The notes: generated from the sequence alone by a model not told the origin. Shown: positions 1 through 10,884, counted from the stretch's first letter. The stretch is DNA of 64,000 nucleotides from an uncultured delta proteobacterium (GCA_963782055.1 CAWAIF010000003.1:1216001-1280000); one strand, 5' to 3'. Program-made: numbers and translations.

Positions 1-1
1 C

Positions 2-709
2 GGCACCGATGCCCACCTGGTCCGCTTCACGCGCCGCGTGGAGGACCCGTCGCTGCTCGCCGGCTACGTCCTGCGCGCCGCGCTGGACCACCTGGGCATG
101 AAGGTCTCGGGCGAGGTGAAGGCGGGCCACGGCAAGGGCCCGGTCCTGGTGCGCCACCACTCCGCGCCGCTCTCCAACCTGCTCTACGCGCTCGGCAAGA
201 ACAGCGACAACTTCTACGCCGAGATGATCTTCAAGTCTCTCGCGGCCGAGCACAAGGGCCGCCCGGCGAAGGACGCGGACGCGGCGGAGACCGTGCTGAA
301 GTACACCCGCGACGTCGGCGCCTACGATCAGGGCGTGGTGATCAAGAACGGCTCCGGCCTCTACGACGCCAACCGCGTCACCCCCACCAGCGTCGTCAAG
401 CTCCTGCGCGCGAGCTGGCAGAACCCGGCCATCGCCCCGGAGTACGTGGCGATGCTCTCCATCGGCGGCGTCGACGGTACGCTTCACAAGCGCCTGCGCG
501 CCGACAGGACACGCCGCGCGGTGCGCGCCAAGACCGGCACGCTCAACGACGTCATCGCCCTCTCCGGCTACGTGTTCGGCCCGCCCGGCAAGGGCCCCAT
601 CGCCTTCTCCATCCTCTTCAACAAGGTGGAGGGGAAGGCCTCGGTGGCGCGCCTCGCGGCCGATCGCGTGGTCGAGGCGATCCTGCGGCAGCTCTGGCCG
701 AGCGAGTAG
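2..709 (+). CDS. dacB: D-alanyl-D-alanine carboxypeptidase/endopeptidase (PBP4, peptidase S13), 5'-partial
   Basis: Frame is open from the window edge. Contains the SxN motif (KNSDNFYAE), GSGLYDANR and the KTG motif (VRAKTGTL..VIALSGY) typical of S13 PBP4. Confidence 0.9.
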   Translation, partial: GTDAHLVRFTRRVEDPSLLAGYVLRAALDHLGMKVSGEVKAGHGKGPVLVRHHSAPLSNLLYALGKNSDNFYAEMIFKSLAAEHKGRPAKDADAAETVLKYTRDVGAYDQGVVIKNGSGLYDANRVTPTSVVKLLRASWQNPAIAPEYVAMLSIGGVDGTLHKRLRADRTRRAVRAKTGTLNDVIALSGYVFGPPGKGPIAFSILFNKVEGKASVARLAADRVVEAILRQLWPSE

Positions 710-746
710 GGTACGCTGCAGGAGCCGCTCCGGCGGCGTGGTCAGG

Positions 747-2405
747 ATGAGCTCCACAGGTCAGACCCTCGGAGGCCGCTACCGGCTCGGCGCCCGTCTC
801 GGGCAGGGCGGGATGGGCACGGTCTACGAGGCCACGCAGGAGGACCTCGGCCGCCGCGTGGCGGTGAAGGTGCTCGACGAGCGCCTGGCGGAGGACCACG
901 CGCAGATCGAGCGCTTCCGCCGCGAGGCGCTGGCCGCCGCCGCGCTGGGCCACCCCAACATCGTGGCGGTGACCGACTTCGGGTGGGATCCGCCGGAGCC
1001 GCCGTTCCTGGTCATGGAATACTTGACGGGTCAATCGCTTGCCCGCCTGCTGGAGGTGGAGGGCTCGCTGCCGCCGGAGCGCGTCGCCTTCATCCTGGCG
1101 CAGGTGCTCTCGGCGCTCGCGGCGGCGCACGCGGAGGGCATGGTCCACCGCGACGTCAAGCCGGACAACGTCTTCCTGGTGAGCGGCGCGCCGGTCCCGG
1201 ACTTCGTGAAGGTGCTGGACTTCGGCATCGCCAAGCTGGGCGCGCAGTCCGCCGCCGGCGCGCGCCTCACCAGCACCGGCGCGATGCTCGGCACGCCCGC
1301 GTACATGGCGCCGGAGCAGGCGCGCGGCGCGGACGTGGACGCGCGCGCGGACATCTACGCCGTCGGCGCGACGCTCTACCAGGCGCTGTCCGGCCGGCTG
1401 CCCTTCGAGGAGCCCAGCCTGCAGGCGATGCTCTTCGCCATCGTCGAGAAGACGCCGCCCTCGCTGGCGGAGGTGCGGCCAGACCTGCCGCCGGAGCTCG
1501 TCGCGGTGGTGGACAGGGCGATGGCGAAGGACCGCGCAGGGCGCTACTCGTCGGCGGAGGAGATGCGCGCCGCGCTCGCGCCGTGGGCGCCGGTCGCGGC
1601 GACGCAGACCGCCGCCGGGCTCGCCCCCGACGTCGCGGTGAACGCGCCGACGATGGCCGTCGCCGGGGCGACGCCCGCGCCCGCCTCGCCGGTCGTGGTG
1701 CGCAGCAACCCGAAGGCACCCGTCAGCGCGCAGCCGACGCCGGTGGCCTCCTCCGCCTCGTCGCCGCCGTCGCGCGGCCGCAGCTCGGCGGCGACGATCG
1801 TGCTGGGCATCGTGGCCGGTCTGGTGGCGATCACCGCCATCGTGATGGGTAGTTTGGTGATGATGGCGCGCGCGAGGAACGCGCGCGACGCGGCGGAGGA
1901 CTCGGTGCGTCCGGAGCGCGAGGTGACGAGCGCGGCCTCGGCCTCGGCGACAATCGCGACGGTCGCGCCGTCCGCGTCGGCGGTGCCCTCGGCGATCGAC
2001 TCCGCGCCGAGCGCGACGGCGTCCTCGGCGCCCCCCCCGCGTCCGCGTCCGAAGGTGTACGGCGGCAAGACGGCGTTCATGTCCTCCACCAACTTCGGCG
2101 ACTGCCCGGGCTGCGGGTGGAAGGCCTACCGCGACGCCGTCCAGGGGAAGGTCGCGGCGATCGACGCCTGCTTCGCCGCCTCGGTCCACGAGCCGCCGGT
2201 GCACGAGTACCCGCAGTACAAGGTCAGCGTGGCCGCCGACGGGACCATCCAGGACGTCCAGCCGCTGGGCGGCGACAGCGCGCCGGGGCTCGACCGCTGT
2301 CTGGGCGCGCTCCTGCGCCACACGCCGCTCTCCAAGTCGACGGGCGGCGCGGGGAGCTTCAGCGTCGGCTTCACCGGGCGCTGCCGCACCTTCGAGTGCA
2401 GGTAG
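747..2405 (+). CDS. Membrane Ser/Thr protein kinase with C-terminal AgmX/PglI-like extracytoplasmic domain
   Basis: GQGGMG, VAVK, HRDVKPDN, DFG and GTPAYMAPE motifs, then a TM helix (IVLGIVAGLVAITAIVMG) and a Ser/Ala linker. C-terminal domain IDACF...VSVAADG...LDRCL. ATG at 747 (GTG at 738 is an alternative). Confidence 0.9.
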   Translation: MSSTGQTLGGRYRLGARLGQGGMGTVYEATQEDLGRRVAVKVLDERLAEDHAQIERFRREALAAAALGHPNIVAVTDFGWDPPEPPFLVMEYLTGQSLARLLEVEGSLPPERVAFILAQVLSALAAAHAEGMVHRDVKPDNVFLVSGAPVPDFVKVLDFGIAKLGAQSAAGARLTSTGAMLGTPAYMAPEQARGADVDARADIYAVGATLYQALSGRLPFEEPSLQAMLFAIVEKTPPSLAEVRPDLPPELVAVVDRAMAKDRAGRYSSAEEMRAALAPWAPVAATQTAAGLAPDVAVNAPTMAVAGATPAPASPVVVRSNPKAPVSAQPTPVASSASSPPSRGRSSAATIVLGIVAGLVAITAIVMGSLVMMARARNARDAAEDSVRPEREVTSAASASATIATVAPSASAVPSAIDSAPSATASSAPPPRPRPKVYGGKTAFMSSTNFGDCPGCGWKAYRDAVQGKVAAIDACFAASVHEPPVHEYPQYKVSVAADGTIQDVQPLGGDSAPGLDRCLGALLRHTPLSKSTGGAGSFSVGFTGRCRTFECR

Positions 2406-3941
2406 CTAGCGCCGGCGTCGCCGCAGGATGCGGCCGAGGCCGAGGAAGGTGAGCCCCATCAGCCCGAGCGCGCCGTAGAGGCGTCGCCCGGTCGGGGCGC
2501 TGGAGCAGCCCTCGCCCAGCTTGTCCGGCGGGGCGTCGGCGTACTTGGTTGCATAGTGCACGTTGCTCTCCGGTACCTGCGAGACGGTGGGCTCCAGCCG
2601 CAGGTCGGTGTCGAGCGCCGAGGCCGGGAGGTTCGCGCGCAGGCGGGTGAGCCACACGTTGCCCTGGTGCAGGCCGCGCAGCGCCACGTCCAGGTCGTCG
2701 AAGGAGGCGCAGGCGTTGGCCGGCGGCGGGTTCACGCCCGCGTCGTCGGTCGCGCCGCCATCGTCGCCCGCGTCGTCGGTCGCGCCGCCATCGTCGGTCG
2801 CGCCGCCGTCGTCGGGGACCGGCCCGGCGTCGGTGCTGGTGGGACCGCCATCGCTGAACACCGGGCCCGCGTCGCCGGTGTCGGTCTGTCCCGCGTCGCT
2901 GGTCGGCGCGCCCGCGTCGGAGCGCGGGCACGGGTCGCCCGGCAGGTCCCCGCCAGACGAGTTTCCCCCGCCGGAGGACGACGGGTACCGGCACAGCCCC
3001 TCGTACACGTCGAAGAGCCCGGGGTTGCCGCCGTAGGTGGTCTGGTAGCTGGGGTTGTAGTAACCGGTGCCGCTCGTCTGCGGCTGGTCCGCGTACTCGG
3101 TCAGCCAGGAGAGCCCGCCCGCCTCCGCCATCGCCGCGGCGGCGAGGTCCTGGTAGTTGGAGCGGTTCTGGTAACGGTCCCAGCGCAGCTTGGTGTAGTC
3201 GATCGTCGCGTCGGGGAAGTTCTGCGGGTGGTAGCGCCCCTCGCTGATGACGAAGAGCGTGATGCCCACGTACGCGCCCACGCCCGCGGCCACCATGCGC
3301 AGCGGCAGCGTCGCGTCGGCGCCGGGCGTGACGACGCGGACCGGCTGCATCGAGCGCTCGTCGCAGCTCGGGAGCAGCCGCAGCGCGATGAAGTCGAAGT
3401 GCTCCTGCACGTAAGCGGCGATCGTCGGCTGGATCGCCGTCGGGATGGCGTAGCCGTGCCCGGTGAGCCACTGCGTGAGCGCGTCTGGATTGGTGGAGCG
3501 GAGCGTCACCGTCTCGTACGGGCCGACGACGCTGTCGTTGATGACCTGCACCCCGCCGCCGGGCGAGCCGCTCGCGCTGCTCGTCGCGCCGCACCCGGCG
3601 AGCGCGCAGCCCGCCCCGGAGGCGGGCGTGGGCCCGTAGATGATGGGCTGCGTGCTCGCGTCGAGCGCCGCGAACCACTCGTTGTGCGACAGCTCCAGCT
3701 TCGCGCCCTCCCGCACCGGTAGCACCCACGCGAACTCGCTGGGGTTGCCGGAGTAGGTGATCTGGTCCCACAGCACCGTCTGCTGCGTGGACACCGAGAG
3801 CGCCATGCGGTGGTCGGTCACCACCGTGCGCTCGCTGGGTGGGGCGAAGCACCCGCCGCATGCGCGCGCGTCGCGCTGGAAGGCGCACAGAACGACCGCG
3901 CCGGAGAGTCCAAGCCAAGGAAGGAAGGAAGAAAAGCGCAT
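2406..3941 (-). CDS. DUF2330-family secreted protein with MYXO-CTERM-like sorting signal
   Basis: Signal peptide then ACGGCF, QITYSGNPSEFAWVLPV, VVGPYE and LPLRMVA. C-terminal GCS-linker-TM-RRRRR. GGAGGT RBS upstream of ATG 3941. Confidence 0.8.
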   Translation of the reverse strand: MRFSSFLPWLGLSGAVVLCAFQRDARACGGCFAPPSERTVVTDHRMALSVSTQQTVLWDQITYSGNPSEFAWVLPVREGAKLELSHNEWFAALDASTQPIIYGPTPASGAGCALAGCGATSSASGSPGGGVQVINDSVVGPYETVTLRSTNPDALTQWLTGHGYAIPTAIQPTIAAYVQEHFDFIALRLLPSCDERSMQPVRVVTPGADATLPLRMVAAGVGAYVGITLFVISEGRYHPQNFPDATIDYTKLRWDRYQNRSNYQDLAAAAMAEAGGLSWLTEYADQPQTSGTGYYNPSYQTTYGGNPGLFDVYEGLCRYPSSSGGGNSSGGDLPGDPCPRSDAGAPTSDAGQTDTGDAGPVFSDGGPTSTDAGPVPDDGGATDDGGATDDAGDDGGATDDAGVNPPPANACASFDDLDVALRGLHQGNVWLTRLRANLPASALDTDLRLEPTVSQVPESNVHYATKYADAPPDKLGEGCSSAPTGRRLYGALGLMGLTFLGLGRILRRRRR

Positions 3942-4022
3942 ACGAGTACCTCCGAGCCCCACGCCGCCGCCGCCGAGGGGCGGAGACGGGAGCTCACCGC
4001 GAAACGAAGGAAAAGGACGAGA

Positions 4023-4553
4023 TCAGAGCGAGAGAGCGCCGAAGCTGGCGGTCTCCCCGGTGGCTGTGTCGGTGAGGCGCAGCCGCGAGGCCGCGCCCGC
4101 GTCGCCGGCGGAGGCCCCGGCGAGCGTCGCCGTGTAGGTGGTGGACGAGCCGTAGGCGTCGGACAGGACGATCTGGAAGGCGTAGGGGTCGTTCGGGTCG
4201 AGCTTCACCGCGAACGTGCGCGTGTAGGCGGAGCCAGCGCCGCGCTTCAGGCTGCCGTCGGGCGTCGACACGAGCAGGTAGGCGAGCTTGCCGGTGAACT
4301 CCACGCCCACCGCGTCGTCCGGGATGTCTGTGAGCAGCCCCGAGCAGCGGACCCACTGCAGGCCGCTCAGGTCCTCGTACACGAGCGTGGTGGCGCCGGC
4401 GTCGGCCGCGGCGAACTGGGTGGCGCTGTTGTCCGGGCCGCTGCACGCGGCGGTCTGGGTCGTGGCCGGCTGGATGGCGGAGGCGCCGGAGACCGAGCAG
4501 CCGGCGGCGAGGAGCGCGCCGGCGAGGAACGTGACGTGGGTGGACAGTCGCAT
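4023..4553 (-). CDS. Hypothetical lipoprotein
   Basis: MRLSTHVTFLAGALLAAGC lipobox; GC3-rich codon usage. Confidence 0.65.
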   Translation of the reverse strand: MRLSTHVTFLAGALLAAGCSVSGASAIQPATTQTAACSGPDNSATQFAAADAGATTLVYEDLSGLQWVRCSGLLTDIPDDAVGVEFTGKLAYLLVSTPDGSLKRGAGSAYTRTFAVKLDPNDPYAFQIVLSDAYGSSTTYTATLAGASAGDAGAASRLRLTDTATGETASFGALSL

Positions 4554-4684
4554 GGATGGGGCACCGGGGGTCCCTGCAGCGGCCGAGCCTGACAGTGATG
4601 TCACGGGCGCCCGCCGCGGGAAGCGCGAGAATCAGGGCTTTCTCGCGGGTTCGTGGGTCGCAACCGCGTCCCGTCCCTTCCCAT

Positions 4685-4700
4685 CGCAACTCGTGTGCCG
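4685..4700 (-). promoter_or_regulatory. Sigma-54 (-24/-12) promoter candidate
   Basis: Minus strand reads CGGCACACGAGTTGCG (GG-N10-GC, close to TGGCAC-N5-TTGC), about 130 bp upstream of the lipoprotein gene. Confidence 0.6.
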
Positions 4701-4816
4701 GAACGCCGCGCCCGGGGCCGCGTCGCTCGCCGGAGCGCCGGACAGACCCCGCCCATCCCCCCGCCCAGCCCTACACGCCCACACGCGGTGCACACACCTC
4801 CGCCCCTCTGGGGGCG

Positions 4817-6274
4817 TCACTCGCGCATGTGCTTGCGGATCTTCCCGAGCGCCTGCTCCTGGAGCTGGCGGATCCGCTCGCGCGACAGGTTGTACTTGTC
4901 GCCGATCTCCTTGAGGGTGAGCTCGTCCTCGTCGTCCAGGCCGAAGCGCCAGCGGATGATGCGCGACTCGATCGGCGTGAGGGTGCCGAGCAGGCGCCGT
5001 ACCTCGTCGCCCCACTTCTGCGAGACGAGGTTCTCGTAAGGGGAGACGCCGTTGTCGTCCTGGAGGAAGTCGATGAACTTGCGGCCGTCCTCGTCGCCGA
5101 CGGGGCGATCGAGGGAGAAGGGCGTCTCCGCCCAGGCGCCCTTGACCTTGTCCAGCTTCTCCTGCGGGATGCCGGTCTCGTGCTCGAGCTCCTCGAGCGT
5201 GGGCTCGCGGCCGGTGCGCGCGATGACCGACGCGGTGGCGCGGGCCACGCGGTTGTGCGTGTCCAGCATGTGGACCGGGATGCGCACCGCGCGCCCCTTG
5301 TCCGCCAGGGCGCGGCTGATGGCGTGGCGGATCCACCACGACGCGTACGTGGAGAAGCGGTAGCCGCGCGCGTGATCGAAGCGCTCCACCGCCTTCATCA
5401 GGCCGATGTTGCCCTCCTGAATGAGGTCGATCAGCGGGAGGCGGCCGCGGTTGTAGCGGCGAGCGATGGAGACGACGAGGCGCAGGTTGGCCTTCACGAA
5501 CCTGTTCTTCACCCGGCGGGATTTGGCCGCCGCGGCGCTGATGCGGTCCACGAAGCGGCGGAACTCGCGCGTGACGTTCAGCTTGGGCTCGAGGTGGCGG
5601 CTGACGTGGACGTCGGAGTCGGGGAGGGGCACGTCGTCCAGGTCCGGGAGCTCGACGAGGCCACGGGCGACCTGCTCGGCGTGCGCGATCCACAGCCGAT
5701 CGCTGTCGGCCAGGCGGATGGCGCGGGCGAGCGAGTCGGTGGTCGCGGCCCAGCGCTTCTCCTGGGGGGCGGTGAGCTTCATCCGCGCCTTGCGCGCGGT
5801 CTTGATGAGCTTGTGCAGGTCGGCGAGCTGCGGGAGCGTGAGCGCCTCCTCGCCAACGGGCAGATCCCGCTCCAGGGACTCCAGCACGTACTCGGCGGCG
5901 GGCATGTACGAGAAGATGGCCATCCAGTGGCCGACCTCCGCGCGCTCCACCTCGATGGCGGTCTTCAGCTCCTCTTCCTGCCCCATGACCGAGTGCGTCG
6001 CCATCTCGCGGAAGTAGCGCGCGAGCATGGAGTCGCCGCCGCTCTCCTCGATCTCCCGGTCGCGGATGGGCTCCTTGGCGGGAGGCGTGCTCGGCGACGG
6101 CGAGGAGGACTCGGAGGCATCCGCCTCGACGTCTTCGTGGAGGGAAGAGGTGGAGGCGAGCTCCGGCGTGGCGCTCGAGACGGGCTCCTCGGTGTCGTCG
6201 GCGGGCTGCGGCGCAGCGGCCAGGCGCGTGGTCTGGAGCTCGTTCTTGCGGGCGGCGTTGCTTCGTTTCGTCAT
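4817..6274 (-). CDS. RNA polymerase sigma factor, RpoD/RpoS (group 1/2 sigma-70) family
   Basis: Region 1.2 [11 protein letters not shown]; region 2 [41 protein letters not shown]; region 4 [18 protein letters not shown]. Start at ATG 6274 chosen from codon bias; the upstream ORF extension looks non-coding. Confidence 0.92.
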   Translation of the reverse strand: MTKRSNAARKNELQTTRLAAAPQPADDTEEPVSSATPELASTSSLHEDVEADASESSSPSPSTPPAKEPIRDREIEESGGDSMLARYFREMATHSVMGQEEELKTAIEVERAEVGHWMAIFSYMPAAEYVLESLERDLPVGEEALTLPQLADLHKLIKTARKARMKLTAPQEKRWAATTDSLARAIRLADSDRLWIAHAEQVARGLVELPDLDDVPLPDSDVHVSRHLEPKLNVTREFRRFVDRISAAAAKSRRVKNRFVKANLRLVVSIARRYNRGRLPLIDLIQEGNIGLMKAVERFDHARGYRFSTYASWWIRHAISRALADKGRAVRIPVHMLDTHNRVARATASVIARTGREPTLEELEHETGIPQEKLDKVKGAWAETPFSLDRPVGDEDGRKFIDFLQDDNGVSPYENLVSQKWGDEVRRLLGTLTPIESRIIRWRFGLDDEDELTLKEIGDKYNLSRERIRQLQEQALGKIRKHMRE

Positions 6275-6639
6275 GGGGTCCTCGTGGCCAAGCGGAGCGG
6301 AAGAAGGAAGCGGTTTCGAAACATCGTTGGATGCCGCGGGGGCCCGGGGGCTCGCGCCGAGCTTTTTGGGCAACGGAGGGGTGGGGGCCCTCATTCCTTC
6401 AGACGTGCGACGGGTGCGTGCTTTGACAATCGGCTTCGCTGCGCTAAGAACGGACGAGCCGTGCCGCTCCGCGCGGACGCGCTTCGGCTGGGCGCGCGCC
6501 GGGCGGGAAGACGCAGGGGTCATGGGTGAACGAGATGCAAATTTCGTTCCGGATTGTAGGTTCTTGCGCGGGCTCGTATTGGATGCAGTGACCTTGCTCA
6601 TGGATGGGTGCTGCGTTCTCTCTTCCGTGATGCGGCGCC

Positions 6640-8442
6640 GTGAACCGACGTTCGCCCTCAAGTCAACGTAAGGACGATTTGCGCACCGTGCACGGCCGTG
6701 CCTCTCTTTCCACCTTCTACGTGGATGCGGTGCGGAGGGTTTTCCTCTCGCCTGCTCGGGGGGGCTTTTTCCTGGCGGGGGCGGCCGCTTCGGGCCTCGG
6801 CCATGCCGGTCTCGCCGCGGCGGCGGCGGCCTGTGCGCAGGCGCTGGCGGGGGTGAGGCCAGGCTGGATCGGCGGGATGGCGCTGCCCACGTCGCCCGGC
6901 CGGCTGGCGGTCACGCTGGCGGCGGCGGGGCTCGGAGCCGCGGTGCTGAAGGCCGCAGGCGGGGTGGTGACGGCGCGCGAGCAGGCGCGGATGGCCGGGG
7001 AGGTGGGGTGCCAGCTGCGGCTCGGCCTCCTGGACGGCTGGATCGCCATGCACGGCGTGGCCCATCCGCGACATCCGGATCATGGACCGTCAACGATTCT
7101 GGCGGACCCGGTGTCCGCGCGAGCGCGGGGCGTGGCGGCGCTCACCCAGGATGCGCGCGAGGTGGAGGGCGGCTTCTCGGCGGCGCTTTCGGCGGTCCGT
7201 GCGGTGATGCAAATCGTGCCGCTCGCGCTGCTCGCCGCTGCTGCGGGGTGGCGGATGCTCGTCTTTGCGGCCGTGGTGATGGTGCCCTTCGGCGTGCTGC
7301 TCGGGCGTGTGCGGCGTCGCGTGGCCCGCGCGCACGCCGCGTCGCTCGCGCGCGGTCGCTCGCTGCTCGAGGCGGCCGACGAGACCGTACGCCACGCCGA
7401 CCTGTGGGCGACGTACGGCGCGGAGCGCAGGGTGCGCGGGCGGGTAGCCGCGCTGGGGCAATCGTTGACACGTCAATCCATGCGCGCGGCCGCGGGCGGC
7501 GCCGCGCTCAGCGGCGGCAACGAGGTGCTCGGCGCGGTGGGGCTGCTGGCGGTGGTGCTCGCCGCGGGGGCGGGGTGGCTGGGTCCGGGCGGCGCGGGTG
7601 ACCACCTCCTGCCCTTCGCCGTCGCCTTCTTCATGGCATACCGCCCGGTACGCGATCTGGGCGACGCGCGCGTGGGGCTCGCCCGGGCGGAGGCGGCCTT
7701 CGAGGGGCTGGCTCCGGTGGTGGAGGTGGGCGTGCGGGTGGAGGCGGCGGAGGAGGAAGCCGCCGGTTGGCCCGCGGCGACGCTCGAGCTGCGCGCGCTG
7801 CGGCTCGCGCACGGCGCGCTCGGGCCGCTCGACCTGCGTGTGGAGCCCGGATCGGTGGTGGCGCTCGTCGGGCCAACCGGCGCGGGCAAGACGACGCTGC
7901 TGCGGACCTTGCTCGGCCTCGAGGCCCCGCGAGGCGGGGAGGTGCGCTACGGCGCCACGCCCCTCGACGCGGGCGTCGGGCCGGCGGCCCGGCCCTTCGC
8001 GTGGGTGCCTCAGGACGCGCCGGTGGTCGCCGGGACGCTGACGGAGAACGTCGCCCTGGCCGAGGGTGTGGGGGACGCGGCCCGCACCGAGGCGGCGCTG
8101 GACGCGCTCGGCGCCGGCGAGCTGGCGGCGCGGGTGGGGAACGCGCGGCTCGGCGGCGTGGAGAGGGCGGTGTCCGGCGGCGAGCGGCAGTGGATCGCGC
8201 TGGCCCGGGCGCTGGCGACGCGCCGGCCGGTGCTGCTGCTGGACGAGCCCACGAGCGGGCTGGACGCCGGCGCGCAGGCGGAGGTGCTGGAGGCGATCGC
8301 CCGGCTGCGCGGGCGGCGGACGGTGATCCTGGTCACGCATCGCCTGGAGCCGCTGGCGGTGGCGGACCGGGTGATCCGGCTGGCAGGGGCGGAGGCGCCC
8401 GTGGTGGCGGTGGCGCCGGACGAGCGCTCGTTAGCCTGCTGA
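6640..8442 (+). CDS. ABC exporter, fused permease and ATPase (MsbA/CydDC-like half transporter)
   Basis: N-terminal TM helices, Walker [10 protein letters not shown]-loop VPQD, signature VSGGERQ, Walker B LLLDEPT, H-loop VTHR. True start uncertain (6679-6721 possible). Confidence 0.8.
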   Translation: MNRRSPSSQRKDDLRTVHGRASLSTFYVDAVRRVFLSPARGGFFLAGAAASGLGHAGLAAAAAACAQALAGVRPGWIGGMALPTSPGRLAVTLAAAGLGAAVLKAAGGVVTAREQARMAGEVGCQLRLGLLDGWIAMHGVAHPRHPDHGPSTILADPVSARARGVAALTQDAREVEGGFSAALSAVRAVMQIVPLALLAAAAGWRMLVFAAVVMVPFGVLLGRVRRRVARAHAASLARGRSLLEAADETVRHADLWATYGAERRVRGRVAALGQSLTRQSMRAAAGGAALSGGNEVLGAVGLLAVVLAAGAGWLGPGGAGDHLLPFAVAFFMAYRPVRDLGDARVGLARAEAAFEGLAPVVEVGVRVEAAEEEAAGWPAATLELRALRLAHGALGPLDLRVEPGSVVALVGPTGAGKTTLLRTLLGLEAPRGGEVRYGATPLDAGVGPAARPFAWVPQDAPVVAGTLTENVALAEGVGDAARTEAALDALGAGELAARVGNARLGGVERAVSGGERQWIALARALATRRPVLLLDEPTSGLDAGAQAEVLEAIARLRGRRTVILVTHRLEPLAVADRVIRLAGAEAPVVAVAPDERSLAC

Positions 8443-8449
8443 CGGTCGC

Positions 8450-9394
8450 TCACGCAGAGAGCACGCGCAGGAGGGGGCCGGGGGCGAGGCGCACCTCCGA
8501 TGTCCGGAACACCTCCCCGTCCAGCACGTAGGCATCCTCGGCGGCGAAGCGCACGGTCACCTCCCGCGCGAGGGTGTCGACGTGGTGCTTGCCGCGCAGC
8601 CGCTTGCCGGCGAGCACCAGCGGCATCTGCGGGCCCAGCCGACGCGCCCCGAGCGGGCTGGCCACGAAGTGGATGCGCTCCGGGTCCTCCGCCGCGCGGT
8701 AGAGGACGTGCATGTGCAGGCCGAGATCGCGCACGACGCTCGAAGCCATGAGGCTGAAGCCGCGCGCCTGCTGCGCGACGCCGTCGACGTGCACCTCGCA
8801 CGGCACCGGCGTGAGCACGCGGCGCGCGACGGCGCCGCCGAAGGGCGACTCGACGAAGATGCGCGCGACGATGCCGGCGGCCGCGATGTAGCCCGCGCGC
8901 GGCCGCGCGTAGTAGGCGTCGAAGAAGCGCGCGACCAGGCCGGCACCCCAGATGAAGCCCACCCGGTCCCCGCCGCGCTCGTCGCGCACCCTGAGGGTGG
9001 GCCGGGAGACGGCGCGGGCGGTGCCCGCACCGACCGCCGCGACGAGCGCGCGCGCGTAGGGCGCGAGCGGTCCGTGTAGCCCCCAGTTGCGCGCGGTGGT
9101 GCTCACGGTGCCGCCCGGCGCGAGGGCGACGGGGGGCAAGGGCAGGGCGCGCGCCCCGAAGCTGGCCACGAGCGCGGTGACGCCGGCCATGTACGTGCCG
9201 TCGCCGCCGGCGAGCACCACCGCGCGCCCGCCCTCCCGCGCGATGGTCGCGGCGATGTCGTCCAGCTCGTCGAGCGACCGGGTCTCGTGCACCGTGGCCG
9301 CGGGCGCACGACGCAGCGCGGACAGAAGAGGGCCCTCGAGACGCAGATGCCGCGCCTGCCGGTTGATGATGACGTGGACGGGGCCCTCTCCCAT
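8450..9394 (-). CDS. Diacylglycerol/lipid kinase family protein (DAGK/YegS-like)
   Basis: VIINRQA, VVLAGGDGT, LAPGGT and C-terminal YVLDGE motifs; ATG at 9394. Confidence 0.8.
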   Translation of the reverse strand: MGEGPVHVIINRQARHLRLEGPLLSALRRAPAATVHETRSLDELDDIAATIAREGGRAVVLAGGDGTYMAGVTALVASFGARALPLPPVALAPGGTVSTTARNWGLHGPLAPYARALVAAVGAGTARAVSRPTLRVRDERGGDRVGFIWGAGLVARFFDAYYARPRAGYIAAAGIVARIFVESPFGGAVARRVLTPVPCEVHVDGVAQQARGFSLMASSVVRDLGLHMHVLYRAAEDPERIHFVASPLGARRLGPQMPLVLAGKRLRGKHHVDTLAREVTVRFAAEDAYVLDGEVFRTSEVRLAPGPLLRVLSA

Positions 9395-9445
9395 CGCTCG
9401 GGCTGGCGAGTAGCACGGCGCAGGGAAACGGGCTACTTGAGGGGC

Positions 9446-10750
9446 ATGCGCCGCCTCGACGCGCTCCTGCTCTCGCTGGTCCTCGCCGGCTGCGCGGCAT
9501 CGCCCGCCGTCACCGCCGCGCGCAACGGTGACGTCGGCGCCCTGCGCGCCGCGATGGCGCCCGCCCTGCGCGAAGGCAAGCTGGACGACGCCGAGGCCGC
9601 GCGCATCGCCGCCGCGGTCGCGGACCACGAGCTCGCCTCGGCGCGCGGCGACGACGCGGTGGCGCGCGTGCTCGACGTCCGCCCCTGCGCCGACGCGCTC
9701 GAGGACGCGCTGCGCGAGCGCGCGGCCATGCACGACGAGGCGGGCGCCGCGGCGACGCTCGCCCTGCTGGAGGCCGGTCTGCTGTCACCCGCCGACGCGC
9801 GACAGCACCTGAACGACCCGGCCGACGCATGGCGCGCCGTGGGCGCCCGCGGGCTGGTGCGCCCCGAGGATCGCGAGGCACGGCAGCACGCGCTGGTGGA
9901 CGCGAGCGTGGCGGTGCGGCGTGCCGCCATGCGCGCGTGCGGCGTCGCGAAGGACCCTGCCGACGTCGGTCCTCTCCTGGAGATCGCGCGGCTGGATCCC
10001 ATCCCCATGGCCCGGACCGAGGCCGTGCGCGCCATCGCGCGGATCGACCCGCGCGACCTGGACCTGCCCAATCGCCTGCGCGACCTCTGGAACGGCGCCG
10101 ATGACCCCCTGCGGGAGGACATCGCCGCCGCGTACGCCGCGCCGAACATCGCCGCCTCCGGTGGCGCCGGCGCCATCCGCGTGCTCGTCGCCTCCGGGCA
10201 CGGCCCCGGGGTGGTCTCCTCTGCCGCCGAGGTGCTGCGCCCCGCGCGGCCGGGTGGTCCGGTCTACGACGAGGAGACGCGCCAGAGCGCCATCGCACTC
10301 CTGGTGCGATCCATCGAGGCCGGCCCGCAGCGCGACCGCATCCTCGCCATCGCCGTCGCGCCCATCCGGGATCCGGACGTGCTCGCCGCCGTCCAGAAGG
10401 CGTCGCACGCCGAGGGCGATGCCGACGTGGTGATGTCCGCCCTGTCCCGTCTGCTGGACGTGCCCGCCCAGCGCGAGGCGGCGAAGCGCGCGCTCTACGC
10501 CTACGCCGCGCCCGGGCAGCGCGGTCCGGTGGGCCAGCGAGCGCGGCTCGCCCTGGCGCAGGCGGGGGATCGGCGCATCCAGGCCTGGATCGAGCAAGAT
10601 CTCAGCTCCCCCGCGCCGAGCGCCCGGCTCCTGGCGGCCAACGCGCTCGTCTCTCTCGACCGCGCCGCCCGCGCCGCCCCCCTGCTGGGCGATGCGGACG
10701 TCCGGGTCCGCACCCGGGCGGCGTGCACCATCCTGCAGGCCGTCCGGTAG
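9446..10750 (+). CDS. HEAT-repeat lipoprotein
   Basis: Lipobox LVLAGC; HEAT-like units (LNDPADAWRAVG, LVDASVAVRRAA, LDPIPMARTEA, LGDADVRVRTRA). Confidence 0.75.
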   Translation: MRRLDALLLSLVLAGCAASPAVTAARNGDVGALRAAMAPALREGKLDDAEAARIAAAVADHELASARGDDAVARVLDVRPCADALEDALRERAAMHDEAGAAATLALLEAGLLSPADARQHLNDPADAWRAVGARGLVRPEDREARQHALVDASVAVRRAAMRACGVAKDPADVGPLLEIARLDPIPMARTEAVRAIARIDPRDLDLPNRLRDLWNGADDPLREDIAAAYAAPNIAASGGAGAIRVLVASGHGPGVVSSAAEVLRPARPGGPVYDEETRQSAIALLVRSIEAGPQRDRILAIAVAPIRDPDVLAAVQKASHAEGDADVVMSALSRLLDVPAQREAAKRALYAYAAPGQRGPVGQRARLALAQAGDRRIQAWIEQDLSSPAPSARLLAANALVSLDRAARAAPLLGDADVRVRTRAACTILQAVR

Positions 10751-10884
10751 CCCGCGCCGCGGTCCTGCCCCGGACGGCGGATCGCCAGCATGCTTGCAAT
10801 CCTCGCCCGGGAGCGGCGAATCGGTGGCGGGGGGCCACGTCGCGCGTTGACACGGCTGGGCCGGGCTCGTTACATGCCCCGACC

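Noticed and set aside
2031..2038. C8 homopolymer as a phase-variation site
   Set aside because: In frame within a Pro-rich linker; no evidence of a frameshift.
6275..6661. N-terminal extension of the sigma factor to 614 aa
   Set aside because: Codon usage is non-coding-like and it would fill the divergent promoter region and overlap the ABC gene.
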